NCBI GenBank assembly: GCA_002269645.1
Contig: NIVC01000206.1
Span: 124,001-188,000 of the forward strand
Source: Macrostomum lignano
Taxonomy: Eukaryota
Direction of reading: 5' to 3'
Length of the DNA stretch: 64,000 bases
Made by a program: the position numbers and the translations under genes. The notes under the pieces are model-generated. The model had not been told where the DNA came from. It made no database searches and was given only the letters and a program-made list of their open reading frames with translations. Positions 1-10,700 of the stretch are shown here, piece by piece (positions within the stretch are counted from its first letter, which is position 1; each line of letters begins with the position of its first letter).

Positions 1-1231
1 ACCACCCAGCAGACAATTCTCGGGAGTGCGCGAAAAAAAGAAATTGGATTGATCTAAATTGGATCTAACTTAGGATACTACACTGAGAAGCTGTCCGAGA
101 GTGGGGAGACCCAGAAGTCTCGGAAATGGCTTAATTTTAGAGCGAGTCTGGAAGGCTTGTTTCGGCTTGTTGAGGGCGAGTCTCCTGTCAGGCAGGACCA
201 CCTATGACTACCTACAGGGCTGCGAGCCCAAGGGTATCACCTATCCAGCTCTATATTGGAGGCCAGGCCAAGGAGGCGGCGAGGGGCACAAGGGGCAAGA
301 GGACCCGGACTCAGCCGGTTTTCCCCGATTCGGGACGAACTTCAACCCCAGGACTCCAATCCACTGTCAGAGATGAGAGCCGAGACAGGGAGACAACCAG
401 AGGAGCCAGCAGATGAACCAAGGCAGGCAAAATGGACCGGGCAGGTAGGGCAGAGCTCAAAACTCCAAAGATTGGAATGGAAATCTAATGGCCGGGTAAA
501 ACACAAAGGATTAAAAACTGGGATGTCAGCCCAGATAAAAACACAAAGAATAAAAGCAGAAAATGGGAGGAGCACCTGAACCCCAACCCGGGGCCAGCCT
601 CAGGGCTAGCATCAACTGGGCTCTACCGTAAACCTTTGTGAATGGTCATCTTTCCTGCAGGGCGGGTGCGACCGGGGGGCTCAAGTCCCGTTCTAGCCAC
701 ACTGCAGTCCAGATCTCCAACTCACTGCCAGGTACACCCCTATCCAAAGGCCGATGGCCAAACAATTGGAATGAAATGATTGGGTCTATTTTTAGCTGTA
801 TACATCACCTCCGGTGAGGACACTTTTGGATTGGGCTAGCGAGAGCCAGGCCAATTGGATTGCGCACAACCCTAGAAATGCCGCCAGAGAGGCAGCCAGG
901 GTAAAAACAGTCAGAGACCGTCTTAATGGCTTTACGAGCAAGCTCTAGTTACCCAGTTTATGCCATCAGAAACATAGAACGGAAGCAAAAAATACCAAAA
1001 TTTTGATGCTAATTAAGTCGTAAGACAGCAAATATTTCCTTGAACTCTTCGCTCGTACGTAATAATTGAAAAAAAGAAAATTCAAAACAAGCTTTGGTAT
1101 TGGGAAACTGTTAAGTTACCAAATATTGAAAACTTTCATAGTTTTTGTTCGTTTCAATTTTACTTCAGACATGTCGTTATAGTTTGATTTCGTGGAATTA
1201 ACAGTCCAAATTCTTTGGACTGTTATGAGGT

Positions 1232-2011
1232 TCACACGTGAATCCGTTTGTACTTCATCCACTGCAGCATCTCTTCGTTGTTGGCAGAAAAGCCAGAGTC
1301 ACTCAGCGGCAGGCTGGCGTCAAAGTAGGGCAGCAGGACGCACTGCCTCCTCACCGGGTGCCAGTAGTATCCGATGCAGTCCTCAAACTCGAAAACAAGA
1401 CAGGCCTGGGAGCAGTGGAAGTGAGTTTTAGCCCTTGGTTCCTTGATCCAGCAGCCCGGGTCGGGCTGGTTGTACGCGACGATTTCCGTGCGAACAAATT
1501 TACCAGTGGTCGCTTTGTTGGAGATTCGGTTGGCCACAGCGGCATCCTCGTAACAGAAAACGTTGTTTAGATCATTGCAAGTCTCGTCCCTCAGCTTTCT
1601 TTCTGAGTCACTTTTTATTGTCACACAGTCTTGGTTGTTGTCCAGATTATTTGGTTCCGTACTTAGGAAATATGATCCACTAGCATCCGTGACCTGGCCA
1701 TCCTTGATCCAAACCCAGCCGTCTTTCTGAGTGCCTCTCTCGTTCAGCGCATCGACCAGTCCGACCCACCATCTGTCACCGGAAAAGCTCACAGCCGCCA
1801 TGGCGTCGTGCACAGACTTGCTGATCATTTCGTGGCCGTGCTCGTGACAAATCCTAATAGCATCGCAGAATGTCACCTGTTTATCGTAATTCTTGACACA
1901 CCAAGACTTTCCAGAATTGTTGACCGCAATCAACCCGCCAGAACAAGTCGCGGCAACAGAGGCAGGCATTAACAGAAGGGCAGCTACCATTGGAAGGAGT
2001 AGAAATGCCAT
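1232..2011 (-). CDS. Secreted C-type lectin domain protein with C-terminal PAN/apple-like module (259 aa, single exon)
   Basis: ATG at 2011 with a hydrophobic signal peptide (MAFLLLPMVAALLLMPASVA). CTLD hallmarks: WCVK, DAIRIC, WWVGLVD, GWVW, EPNN, DCV and C...FCY. C-terminal CSQAC...CIGYYW...QCVL pattern resembles PAN/apple. Confidence 0.85.
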   Translation of the reverse strand: MAFLLLPMVAALLLMPASVAATCSGGLIAVNNSGKSWCVKNYDKQVTFCDAIRICHEHGHEMISKSVHDAMAAVSFSGDRWWVGLVDALNERGTQKDGWVWIKDGQVTDASGSYFLSTEPNNLDNNQDCVTIKSDSERKLRDETCNDLNNVFCYEDAAVANRISNKATTGKFVRTEIVAYNQPDPGCWIKEPRAKTHFHCSQACLVFEFEDCIGYYWHPVRRQCVLLPYFDASLPLSDSGFSANNEEMLQWMKYKRIHV

Positions 2012-3202
2012 GACCGAGCGGACCAGTTTTTCGTTGATTGTGCAAAACCAAAATCTTTAATTAGCCGAAGAGATGATTGTAGATCCGTGGAGTTTTCGCT
2101 CCGAGATCTTCTCTCCGTTGCATATGGATGCTTTATAGAAAATTCCCAACGTCATTTTGGTTGCAGGGATCAGCAGGTAGAAAGGCCTAGCGTTGCCATG
2201 GAGTGAAGCATCCAAGGAGCGTACATTTTCGCGATTGTCCGCCAATGAGCTGTGGCTCCCAGGCTGCGTGCGGGAGCTACAATTAAGATACATCCGTTCG
2301 GCCTAACTAATTCTCGGCAGTGTTGCCTTCACCCCCCCCCCCCAAATTATCGATTGTGAGGCCTCAACGCTCATGCTATGCAGTTGCTCTCTGAGGAGAC
2401 AATATTTACGAATTAACTTTCAGGACTGTACCAATCGTGACCGCATGTAAAAATGATCGAGTTTTTTAAGTCACGTACAGTCTCTTCGAATAAACACTTT
2501 TGATGAAAACTTTTTGATTTGCAGTCTCCTGAATGAAGGACGTTTCTAAAAATGATTCATGAGGGCGGTTTTTTTATCCTAGCCGGCTCATAGAAATGCT
2601 CTTTGACTCAACATACTACATAGCGGCTATCAGCTCTTTAGGACTGATTGTCTACTGACAAATACATGAAGAAAGTGCAGAGTTTGGCGCAGAAAGCTTG
2701 CAAGACGGGTAAATAAGTGTTGCCTATATGCAATGACTACTTATCGTGCTGTTTACCGTTGATTTTGAGGCAAATTTGTCGCAAAAAGCGCAAATTATAC
2801 TACGACATGAAAAGAAGTACATGTAAGTTAGTAGCATATGAAAATGCTATTGTAAGCGTGCTGAATTTCATTATCTACTCAGGGACTACTTAATAACTAT
2901 TGAGTAGTCCCTGTATCCACTGCTATATATCTACTTATATATGTACATTAATGTCCTTATCTGCCTGTCTACTTATCCCTATCTAATTTATACATGTAAT
3001 TTGCCTACTATTTGCTACTTTGCCTTCTTTGGTCCATAAATCCTAAACTTACTACCTAAAGTTGTTTCCATGCTCTTTAAATTCCATAATAGAAAACCAG
3101 AAGTGCAGAAAAAGAAAACTTGTGAGTTGCAGCCTTGAGTATACACTGTAATTCTCTACCTGCAGATGTCATGCTCTGATATGCTCTTGATCAATATAGT
3201 GG

Positions 3203-3418
3203 CTGCAGCACCTGACAGTGCTATACCATCAGACGGGGCTATATCATCCCTAAGCCATCCAACAGCAGTCACTGCAGCACCTGACAGTGCTATACCATCA
3301 GACGGGGCTATATCATCCCTAAGCCATCCAACAGCAGTCACTGCAGCACCTGACAGTGATATACCATCAGACGGGGCTATATCATCCCTAAGCCATCCAA
3401 CAGCAGTCACTGCAGCAC
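3203..3418. repeat. 69-bp tandem repeat, about 3.1 copies
   Basis: Unit CTGCAGCACCTGACAGTGCTATACCATCAGACGGGGCTATATCATCCCTAAGCCATCCAACAGCAGTCA, near-identical copies. Confidence 0.95.
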
Positions 3419-4262
3419 GCCGTGCTCAAGAAACACTGGCTGCAGGATGCCGCAGCAGAAGAAAAAATGGCGGCCATCACCTTCCTGACGCTTCAATCCC
3501 AGAAACATATTTCCAATTTAACACATATAAAAATAAGATACGCGTTAAACCGGCCGCTCGATCGATCCACTCAGCTTTAGAAAAACATTAACATATAAAC
3601 GGTATAATAAAAACAAAAAATACGAATAGTAAAGAAATTTGAAGCGAAAAAGTATGATTCACAACGGGAATAAACAGATTATTACAAATTAATTAGTATT
3701 GCCAAGCCTTCGAAAAACATCATAGTAGTAGTAGCAGAAGTAGTAGTATAAGTAATGTGGCAATTGTTGCTTTAGACAGCCTGTTCGGCCAAAACATGAA
3801 AACTGCATTTGTATTTTCTCTTCATTGTCTAAAACAAAAATTTTCTATGAAATTGTTGAAATTCATGAGCACGATCGAATCGCCCCCCGCAATGCTTAGT
3901 CATGGACAACTAGAGTAGTTGTCCATGTGCTTAGTAAGTCTAGCTTAAAGCAGAAATTTAATGGAAAAAGCGACAAATGGGTGGCATATATGCATGATTT
4001 AGTTGCTCACTGATACAGGCCCCGATCATGTACATAGTCACGAGTTTCGATGTATTATACAATTGAATACATGAATCTGCGTTCAGGGGCGTCGCCATGG
4101 ATTTTATGGTGGGGGGGGGGGCAAGCCAGAAGAATTCTACAATTCTACAATATGTACAATTAATATGTACAAGCGCTCATTTGGCGTTGGCGCCACAGGC
4201 ACTCATTTTGGTGCTGCAGGCGGCAGTATGACATTAGCCCGCAGACATTTGCCCGCAGGAAA

Positions 4263-5932
4263 CAACAAACAACAACAGAGTACGCTGCCAGTTCACAAAA
4301 GCAGCGTCAGATGGCGCGCTTCAAAGCTTGGGCGCGAACAAAAGCCGCACCGCCGGCAGAGTCCGGGGCGCCGGCGTCAGCCAGCAGACAGTCGACGTAG
4401 CGCCGAGTCTTCGCCTGTCCCCGCCGGTAGGGTGCCTGCAACGTAAGTAGCAGCACCTCCTGCACCGGCTCCGGACAGTAGGCCTCGGCGCGGATGACGT
4501 GGCCTGCCAGCTGGAGTCGCCGACGGCGCAGCAGATCGCTAGGACGGGCCAGGCCGGCGCGATGATAGAGCGCCGTGTTGGTGACTCGCTCGTTGCCGAT
4601 CTTGAAGGCGGCGCGCAGCAGGCCAGCGTGCGCCGCGTCGACTTGAGCCTCGAGCGAGTCTGTCAGCGTCCAGGTCTCGGCGTTGTATAACAGGACGGTC
4701 TCGATCACCGCCTGGAACAGCGCCGCCCTCTGGCGGTCCGGTAGGGCCTCGGACTGCAGGACTGACCTTATAGAACGAAAGGCAGCCCAAGCAAGTCCTC
4801 GGCGACGCCGCAGATCCTCGCGGACGTCGGGAACCAGACCGCCGAGGTAGACGAACTGCTGACATCTTGGAAGCTCACTCGCCTGTCCGTCAGCGCCTCG
4901 GCAGAAGATTGCAGCCTCGGTGTCGTCCGGCACGCATAGCACGACGGTCTTCTGCGTGTTGACCACCAGGCCGACGCTCGCCGCAACGGCAACCAGCCTA
5001 TCCAGCTGTCGTTGGGCGCCCTCGACGGTCGAGGACAGCAGGGCGAGGTCATCGGCGTAGCCAAGCACGCTGAGCCGTCTCTCCGGTTGGCGTCGACCCA
5101 CGCGTCGCCGCAGCAGGAAGCCGTCGTCGTTGGAAGGCAGAGCAGTCCGTAGCACCCAGTCAAGCACCAGAATAAATAGGAACGGCGCTAGCGTATCTCC
5201 CTGGAGCACCCCGGAGGATGTCTCGAAGAAATCCGATAGGCCGTCCGGTGTTGAGACAGCAGCCGTCGTGCCGTGGTACAGCGCCATGACAGCAGAAATC
5301 AGCAGCTCTGGCACGTTGTACGCACGGAGCACCTCTGGGAGCGCGTCCCTCACGACCGAGTCAAAAGCCTTCCTGAAATCGACGAAGATCAGGATCAGGG
5401 TCAACTGGCGGATGCGCGCCTCCTCGATGACTCGTCGAAGAGCCAGGATCTGCGTCACTGTGCCGCGATGGGGCCGGAATCCGTTCTGCTCAGGTCGCAG
5501 GTACGGGTCCAGCACAGGCTGTAACCGCGATAGCAGCATGCGGTTGAACAGCTTCGCGGCGCAGGACTGTAGGCAGATGCCTCGATGCTCCTCGAGCTTG
5601 GTGGTGCCCGGCTTCTTTGGAATGGCGACGATGTGCGCCGTGGTCCATTCGTTTGGCGCCACCTCACCGAAAAGCACGCGGTTCATCACTCTGGCGACCT
5701 CAGTGGCCACGCAGTGGATCCGCAGCGCCTCGGTGGGCACCTCGTCCGGACCAAGCGCTTTGCCGCCCGGCGACTGCCGAGCGAACTTCACAACGTCGGC
5801 TGTGCTGACTGGGGCAACATTGAAGCTCTCCTCCGCCGGCAACGGCGTCTCCGGCGGCAGCCTCAGATTTTCTGGAAGCGGAGGGGGCGGCGCGTTGACA
5901 ATGGCGGCGAAGAAGTCGCGCAGCTCGTTCCT
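4263..5932 (-). mobile_element. 5'-truncated non-LTR retrotransposon, RTE-like clade
   Basis: RT ORF followed by a roughly 30-nt 3'UTR and a (GTT)n-like tail (4263-4276). Flanking direct repeat GCAGGAAA at 4255-4262 and 5933-5940 (TSD). No endonuclease domain, hence truncated. Confidence 0.9.
4307..5932 (-). CDS. Reverse transcriptase domain and C-terminus of RTE-like LINE (no start codon; 5'-truncated)
   Basis: Motifs KALGPDEV, IVAIPKK, HRGICL, EQNGFRPHRGT, FVDFRKAFDSV, GVLQGDTLAPFLF, YADD, NTQKT, FVYLG, LLYNAETWTL and RRLQLAGHV. Uninterrupted frame. Confidence 0.9.
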   Translation of the reverse strand, partial: RNELRDFFAAIVNAPPPPLPENLRLPPETPLPAEESFNVAPVSTADVVKFARQSPGGKALGPDEVPTEALRIHCVATEVARVMNRVLFGEVAPNEWTTAHIVAIPKKPGTTKLEEHRGICLQSCAAKLFNRMLLSRLQPVLDPYLRPEQNGFRPHRGTVTQILALRRVIEEARIRQLTLILIFVDFRKAFDSVVRDALPEVLRAYNVPELLISAVMALYHGTTAAVSTPDGLSDFFETSSGVLQGDTLAPFLFILVLDWVLRTALPSNDDGFLLRRRVGRRQPERRLSVLGYADDLALLSSTVEGAQRQLDRLVAVAASVGLVVNTQKTVVLCVPDDTEAAIFCRGADGQASELPRCQQFVYLGGLVPDVREDLRRRRGLAWAAFRSIRSVLQSEALPDRQRAALFQAVIETVLLYNAETWTLTDSLEAQVDAAHAGLLRAAFKIGNERVTNTALYHRAGLARPSDLLRRRRLQLAGHVIRAEAYCPEPVQEVLLLTLQAPYRRGQAKTRRYVDCLLADAGAPDSAGGAAFVRAQALKRAI

Positions 5933-6845
5933 GCAGGAAAGTGTCACCACAGACCAATTAGCCTGCAGACGTTAAGCCCTTTTATTGAGTAAGTTAGCCT
6001 ACATGTACAATCGCGACAATTAATGCGCATTTTTGCTTTCATTTCAACTTACACTACGTATTTCAACAGATTTGCGAGTTTTTTCGTCAGTTTTTAATTC
6101 TAATTGAGGAAGAGGATGCGAAAGATTATTTCTGACTACGAGCGTACACTTTATTGATTATGTATAGAATATTACAGCTGTTACACATGGTAGCGGCCAC
6201 TTTGCTAAACATATGCCACACTGTTATATTGATAATAGTTTTTAAAAACATTTTAGGACCCCGCGAGTACCAAAAGATCAATGGTCTTATTTTCTTTGTA
6301 TACTTCTTTTTTTAAAGTGCATATTTTGCTTCATAAATAAGTATTGCAAGATTTTTATTCAAATTGGATGTAAAAGTTACGTAACATAAAAATTTGGATT
6401 TGATTTCACAGACGAATGCGCAGAGCTTCGTGAGCAGATTTCTTAAGTCACGACACGATTTGAAAGCATCAAGCACTGTAACAACCACTAGGTGCAATGT
6501 TTCACTTATGTTTGCAGAGAATAGTTTTAACTCTCAATCCTATACCGCAGATACTAGTGAATATTTATTTTGTCGGCATTTGTCTCGAATTAATCAGACA
6601 AATAAGTGAACTCTTTAGCAGCAAGCATAATGAAAGACCCACCTAGATTCTAGAAATGTATACTCGTACAAATAATAAAAAAACCTCATGTCTAACTCTT
6701 CATGTCCGACTCCAAAGATAGTTTAACAATGTGACTGGTAACGACTGTGTCTGGGACTTGAATATTTTTCTCAGAGATCTGGCAACATGCTATTGAGCCA
6801 ACTTTACTGTTTCGGACTTTAAATGGCCTGCGGCAATCATCTCAG

Positions 6846-7040
6846 CCCAAACTTCTTGCGGGCAAACTTATTGCGGGCAAACTTCTTGCTGGAAAACTTC
6901 TCGCGGGCAAACTTCTTGCGGGCAAACTTCTTGCGGGCAAACTTCTTGCGGGCAAACTTCTTGCGGGCAAACTTCTTGCGGGCAAACTTCTTGCGGGCAA
7001 ACTTCTTGCGGGCAAACTTCTTGCGGGCAAACTTCCCTCG
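6846..7040. repeat. 15-bp tandem repeat (ACTTCTTGCGGGCAA)n
   Basis: About 13 copies; shares the GGGCAAA core with 4230-4258 and 44720-45332. Confidence 0.95.
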
Positions 7041-7655
7041 GGCTAAGTTCCTGTGGGCTAATGTCATAGACCCGCTGCAGGTGCTATATTTTGTCGCCCT
7101 GAAGCAAAATTATTGATTTCCATAACGGATCACAAGGTTGGTGGAGGGGGGTAATTAGCATTGGCAACTCCGCCCAATAGCTTTTACGCCCTTTGTCTGC
7201 GTTTATACCGATTCAATGCACACAGAGTAGTCTTGAGTTAAAACAAAATCATGATTACAAATCCGACCGAAACTGCAATAAATTTTGATAAGAAAGTTTT
7301 ACAAAAGCAGATTACCATCCAAAAAGCACCGTTTTAACGCAGAAAGCTTTCATTGTTCAAAATTTTCAGTCTGCATGATTGACATTCAAAATTACGACAG
7401 AGAGACACAGTGGATTGCTTTTAGCTGTCAGGATGTGAAAGTCCCAGCTAATGCGTGTCAAGAAAAATGAGAAGGTGCCGGATATGCTGTAGTCGTAGAT
7501 AATGGGCCCAAAAGTGAGTCACTTATGCCTAGACCAGCAGCCATTCTGTCATTTACAGAAACAGCAGAAATCGATTTTCCCGTTTAAAAGCAGCTGCATC
7601 AGAAAGAACGCGTCAAAACCATATCTGAGTTTTCTGGTTGCAAGACAGCAGGAAA

Positions 7656-8561
7656 ATGCACTGCAACTCTAACATTATCGCGCTTTGTGCTCTGTCGCTG
7701 GCGCTCTCGGCCCAGTACGAAACCTCGACAGGCGGCTGCGTGGTGCCGCAGACTCCGCAGCACTCGCTGGCGGCCTCGAGCGCCCGCATGTGCGCCTTCC
7801 TGTGCTCTCAGCTCCGTCGTCCCTGCATCGCCTGGAGCCACCGCCCAGGCGTCTGCAACATGTCGGACAGCCTCCAGACCGCCAGTCTGACGAACGACAC
7901 CGACTGCCAGGCGTGGAGCGCCCTGTGCCAGCTCGGCCTCGTCGCCTTCTGGCCCATGAGCAACGCCACTCGGACTCACAATGCGGTCTCGAACAGCGGC
8001 CATCTCGACCTGCAGGAGAACATCCCGATGCAGTACACGGACAGCGCCGTCAACTTCACTGGTCAGTCGGGTGTGTCAGAGCGGTTCAACATTGACGAGC
8101 TGACTTCGGTGTGTCTCACCAGCTTCACCATGTCCGTGTGGGTCAAGGTCACCAATGCGTCAAGGGGTTCGATGCCTCTGCTGGAGGGCCTCACCATGCC
8201 TACTTCAGCTCACACTCGATTATTGCTTTATCCTACAACTACCGACATCGAGTTCACCGTTGCGTCGACGGTCTCAGTGTCTGGACCCACCGACACGGCC
8301 AGCGGTTGGACCCACATCGCCGCAGTGTATGACAGGCAGACTCCGGAAATCAGGATCCTCGTCAACGGAACTCGACAGGCCACCAGCGGCTCGGCCACCG
8401 CTTTGACCTCGTGCGCGGACTTTGGCAGCAGAGTGCAGATCGGAGCCATCAGCCGCATTATCAGCCACAACCGCGTGTTCCAAGGCTACATGAGATGCTT
8501 CGGAGTGTCAGAGATAGCTCTGAGCGACTCTGAAGTTGCTCTGCTGCAGGGACTGTGTTGA
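7656..8561 (+). CDS. Secreted protein: PAN/apple-like module + LamG-like/concanavalin-A (pentraxin-like) jellyroll domain (301 aa, single exon)
   Basis: First ATG at 7656 (the ORF track starts at a TTG). Signal peptide IIALCALSLALSAQ. CAFLC...CIAWS...CNM pattern. LamG-like motifs LVAFWPM, FTMSVWVK, WTHIAAVYD, ILVNG, QIGA, FQGYMRCF and ALSDSEV. Confidence 0.8.
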   Translation: MHCNSNIIALCALSLALSAQYETSTGGCVVPQTPQHSLAASSARMCAFLCSQLRRPCIAWSHRPGVCNMSDSLQTASLTNDTDCQAWSALCQLGLVAFWPMSNATRTHNAVSNSGHLDLQENIPMQYTDSAVNFTGQSGVSERFNIDELTSVCLTSFTMSVWVKVTNASRGSMPLLEGLTMPTSAHTRLLLYPTTTDIEFTVASTVSVSGPTDTASGWTHIAAVYDRQTPEIRILVNGTRQATSGSATALTSCADFGSRVQIGAISRIISHNRVFQGYMRCFGVSEIALSDSEVALLQGLC

Positions 8562-9014
8562 GAACATTTGTACGGATCGAAGCTTAACTTCTAATGAAAG
8601 TTATTTTTACTTTAATCAACCATACTTTTTTCTGTAGTCTTGAAAGTTGTCCAGTAGCTACAATTAGTTGTCTGTTAGCCGTCTGCCCCTATCTATATTA
8701 TGATATATATATTTAATTATTCATGTAATTGTAAATTCACTATAGCTAGAATCTGGATCAAGGTCTAACACTATCGCTTTATTCTTTTTGTTCCGAACTA
8801 GAACATGTTACCTGGGTGTTTGTGCAAATTTTAATGATACTTTTTACTCTACTCTCATTATCTACTTTTACCAGCTTGCATACCTCTCCGATGCGGACCA
8901 ATGTGACAATATAATGAGCAAATATATCCTGCAAACGTCAATATGAAATAGATGGTAAAACATCGATCGAACTACTCGTATAACAGAATTTTTCTTAGCT
9001 TTTACTGCACCGAT

Positions 9015-9420
9015 TCCCCAACCACCCATTCCCCACACAACCATTCCCCACACACCCATTCCCCACACACCCATTCCCCACACACCCCCATTCCCCACAC
9101 CCATTCCCCGTACACACCCATTCCCCACACATCTATTCCTTACACACCCATTCCCCACACACCCATTCCCCACACACCCATTCCCCACACACCCATTCCC
9201 ACACACACCCATTCCCCACACATCTATTCCCCACACACCCATTCCCCACACACCCATTCCCCACACACCCATTCCCCACACACCCCCATTCCCCACACAC
9301 CCATTCCCCGTACACACCCATTCCCCACACATCTATTCCTTACACACCCATTCCCCACACACCCATTCCCCACACACCCATTCCCCACACACCTATTCCC
9401 CACACCCCGATTCCCACCCA
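9015..9420. repeat. About 15-bp minisatellite (CACACCCATTCCCCA)n
   Basis: Direct tandem copies with variants, visible by eye. Confidence 0.95.
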
Positions 9421-9865
9421 GGTTTACAAACTGTCCGAGGAAAAACGAAAGAAACTGAAGCTTTTGGCAGTAATATAGATTTCGGAAATTCTAGTAGTAT
9501 ACAAGAGGGCCTTTAATTATTTTATTTACACTGGTGCTTCAATCTCACGAAATCCTCGAAATCGAAATCGAAATCGAAATCGAAATCGAAATCGAAAACC
9601 TCGAATCGTCAGTGCCTTGTAGATTCCCCCCCCCCCGTTGTCACATGTAGTTCTTCCTTACTGTAAAAAGCACAGCAACATAATACTGATCGAGCTAATT
9701 AATTGAGCTTACGAAAATGGAGTATAGCTACTTTCTGCCAAAATTTCTACAATTTCCTGTTGTCAAACTAGTTCTCACTAGTTAGTTAGCTAGTTAGTTA
9801 TTTAGTTACTTACTTACTTACTTAGTCAGCTAGTTAGTTACTTAGTTACTTAGTTGGCTAGTTAG

Positions 9866-10410
9866 GGAAAGATGAGAGAGGAGAGAGAAGAGAAGAGAGA
9901 GAGGGAGAGAAGAGAGAAGGAGAGAGGAGAGGAGGAGAGAGTAGGGAGGAGAGAAGAGAGAAGAGAGAAGAGATGCGAGAGTAGAAAGTAGAGAGAGGAG
10001 GAAGAGAGAAGAGAGCAAAAGTGAGAGAGGAGAGAGGAGAGAGAAGACAGGAGAGAGAAGGAAGGAGAGAAAAGAGGAAAGAGGAGTGAGAAGAGATCAG
10101 GAGATAGGAGAGAGAATTAAGAGAGGAGAAAATAAACTGAGATGATGAGATGATGAGATAATAGATGAGATGAGAAAAGATATAAAAGGGGAGAGAGAAG
10201 GAAGGAGAGAGAAGAAAGGAGAGAAAAGAGGAAAGAGGAGTGAGAATAGATCAGGGGAGAGGAGAGAGAATTAAGAGAGGAGAAAGAAACGGTGACGATG
10301 AGTTGATGAGATGATAGATGAGATGAGAAAAGAGAGGAAAGAGGAAAAAAGAGAAGAGAGAATTAGAGAGACAGAAAAGAAGAATGAGGAGAGAGGAGAG
10401 AGAAGAAAAG
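9866..10410. repeat. Polypurine GA-rich low-complexity tract
   Basis: Almost exclusively A/G on the + strand, with an internal duplicated block. Confidence 0.9.
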
Positions 10411-10489
10411 TGAAAAGTTTAAATTGAAGTAGCTACCTGAGGGATGAAGAGGGGCAGGGGCCTGAGGACTGAGTTTGCCATCGCGTGCT

Positions 10490-10700
10490 TTTAGACAGAC
10501 GTTGCCTGTCATTCCGCGCTGCACCCGGCCGACGAGATCAATGCTTGCCTCAAATCTTTGCATCTGTGGCCATCAGTTAGAGAGCTGCAATCGGGAACCA
10601 ACATGAGGGCTGAGTGTATGGGGATAAAACGGCTTACGAGATTCAATTTTCTACCAATCCATTGCAAATTGGTGACAGCCAACTGGAGGTCAGGTCCACC
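10490..10700 (+). mobile_element. Helitron Pif1-type helicase fragment (frameshifted relic)
   Basis: Translates FRQTLPVIPRCT / (1-nt deletion) / ADEINACLKSLHLWPSVRELQSGTNMRA, then in another frame FSTNPLQIGDSQL. This matches the Helitron helicase consensus GDFRQTLPVIPRSTPADEINACLKSSxLW...LxxNMR...FSxxLLxIGDG as recalled from established knowledge. Confidence 0.8.

Larger units (their letters stand above)
4221..7074. mobile_element. Candidate non-autonomous TIR/foldback-type DNA element interrupted by the RTE insertion
   Basis: TATGACATTAGCCC (4227-4240) is the exact reverse complement of GGGCTAATGTCATA (7055-7068). Direct repeat GCTGCAGG at 4213-4220 and 7074-7081. Internal 14-15-bp GGGCAAA-core subrepeats. 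Could instead be two separate MITE copies. Confidence 0.5.

Noticed and set aside
908-936. Reverse-strand resemblance to a flatworm spliced-leader sequence (AAGACGGTCTCTGACTG)
   Set aside because: Short, interrupted match to a sequence recalled from memory; no terminal ATG|GT or Sm site follows.
5130-5992. Plus-strand ORFs overlapping the RT
   Set aside because: Antisense shadows of a GC-rich coding sequence; no motifs.
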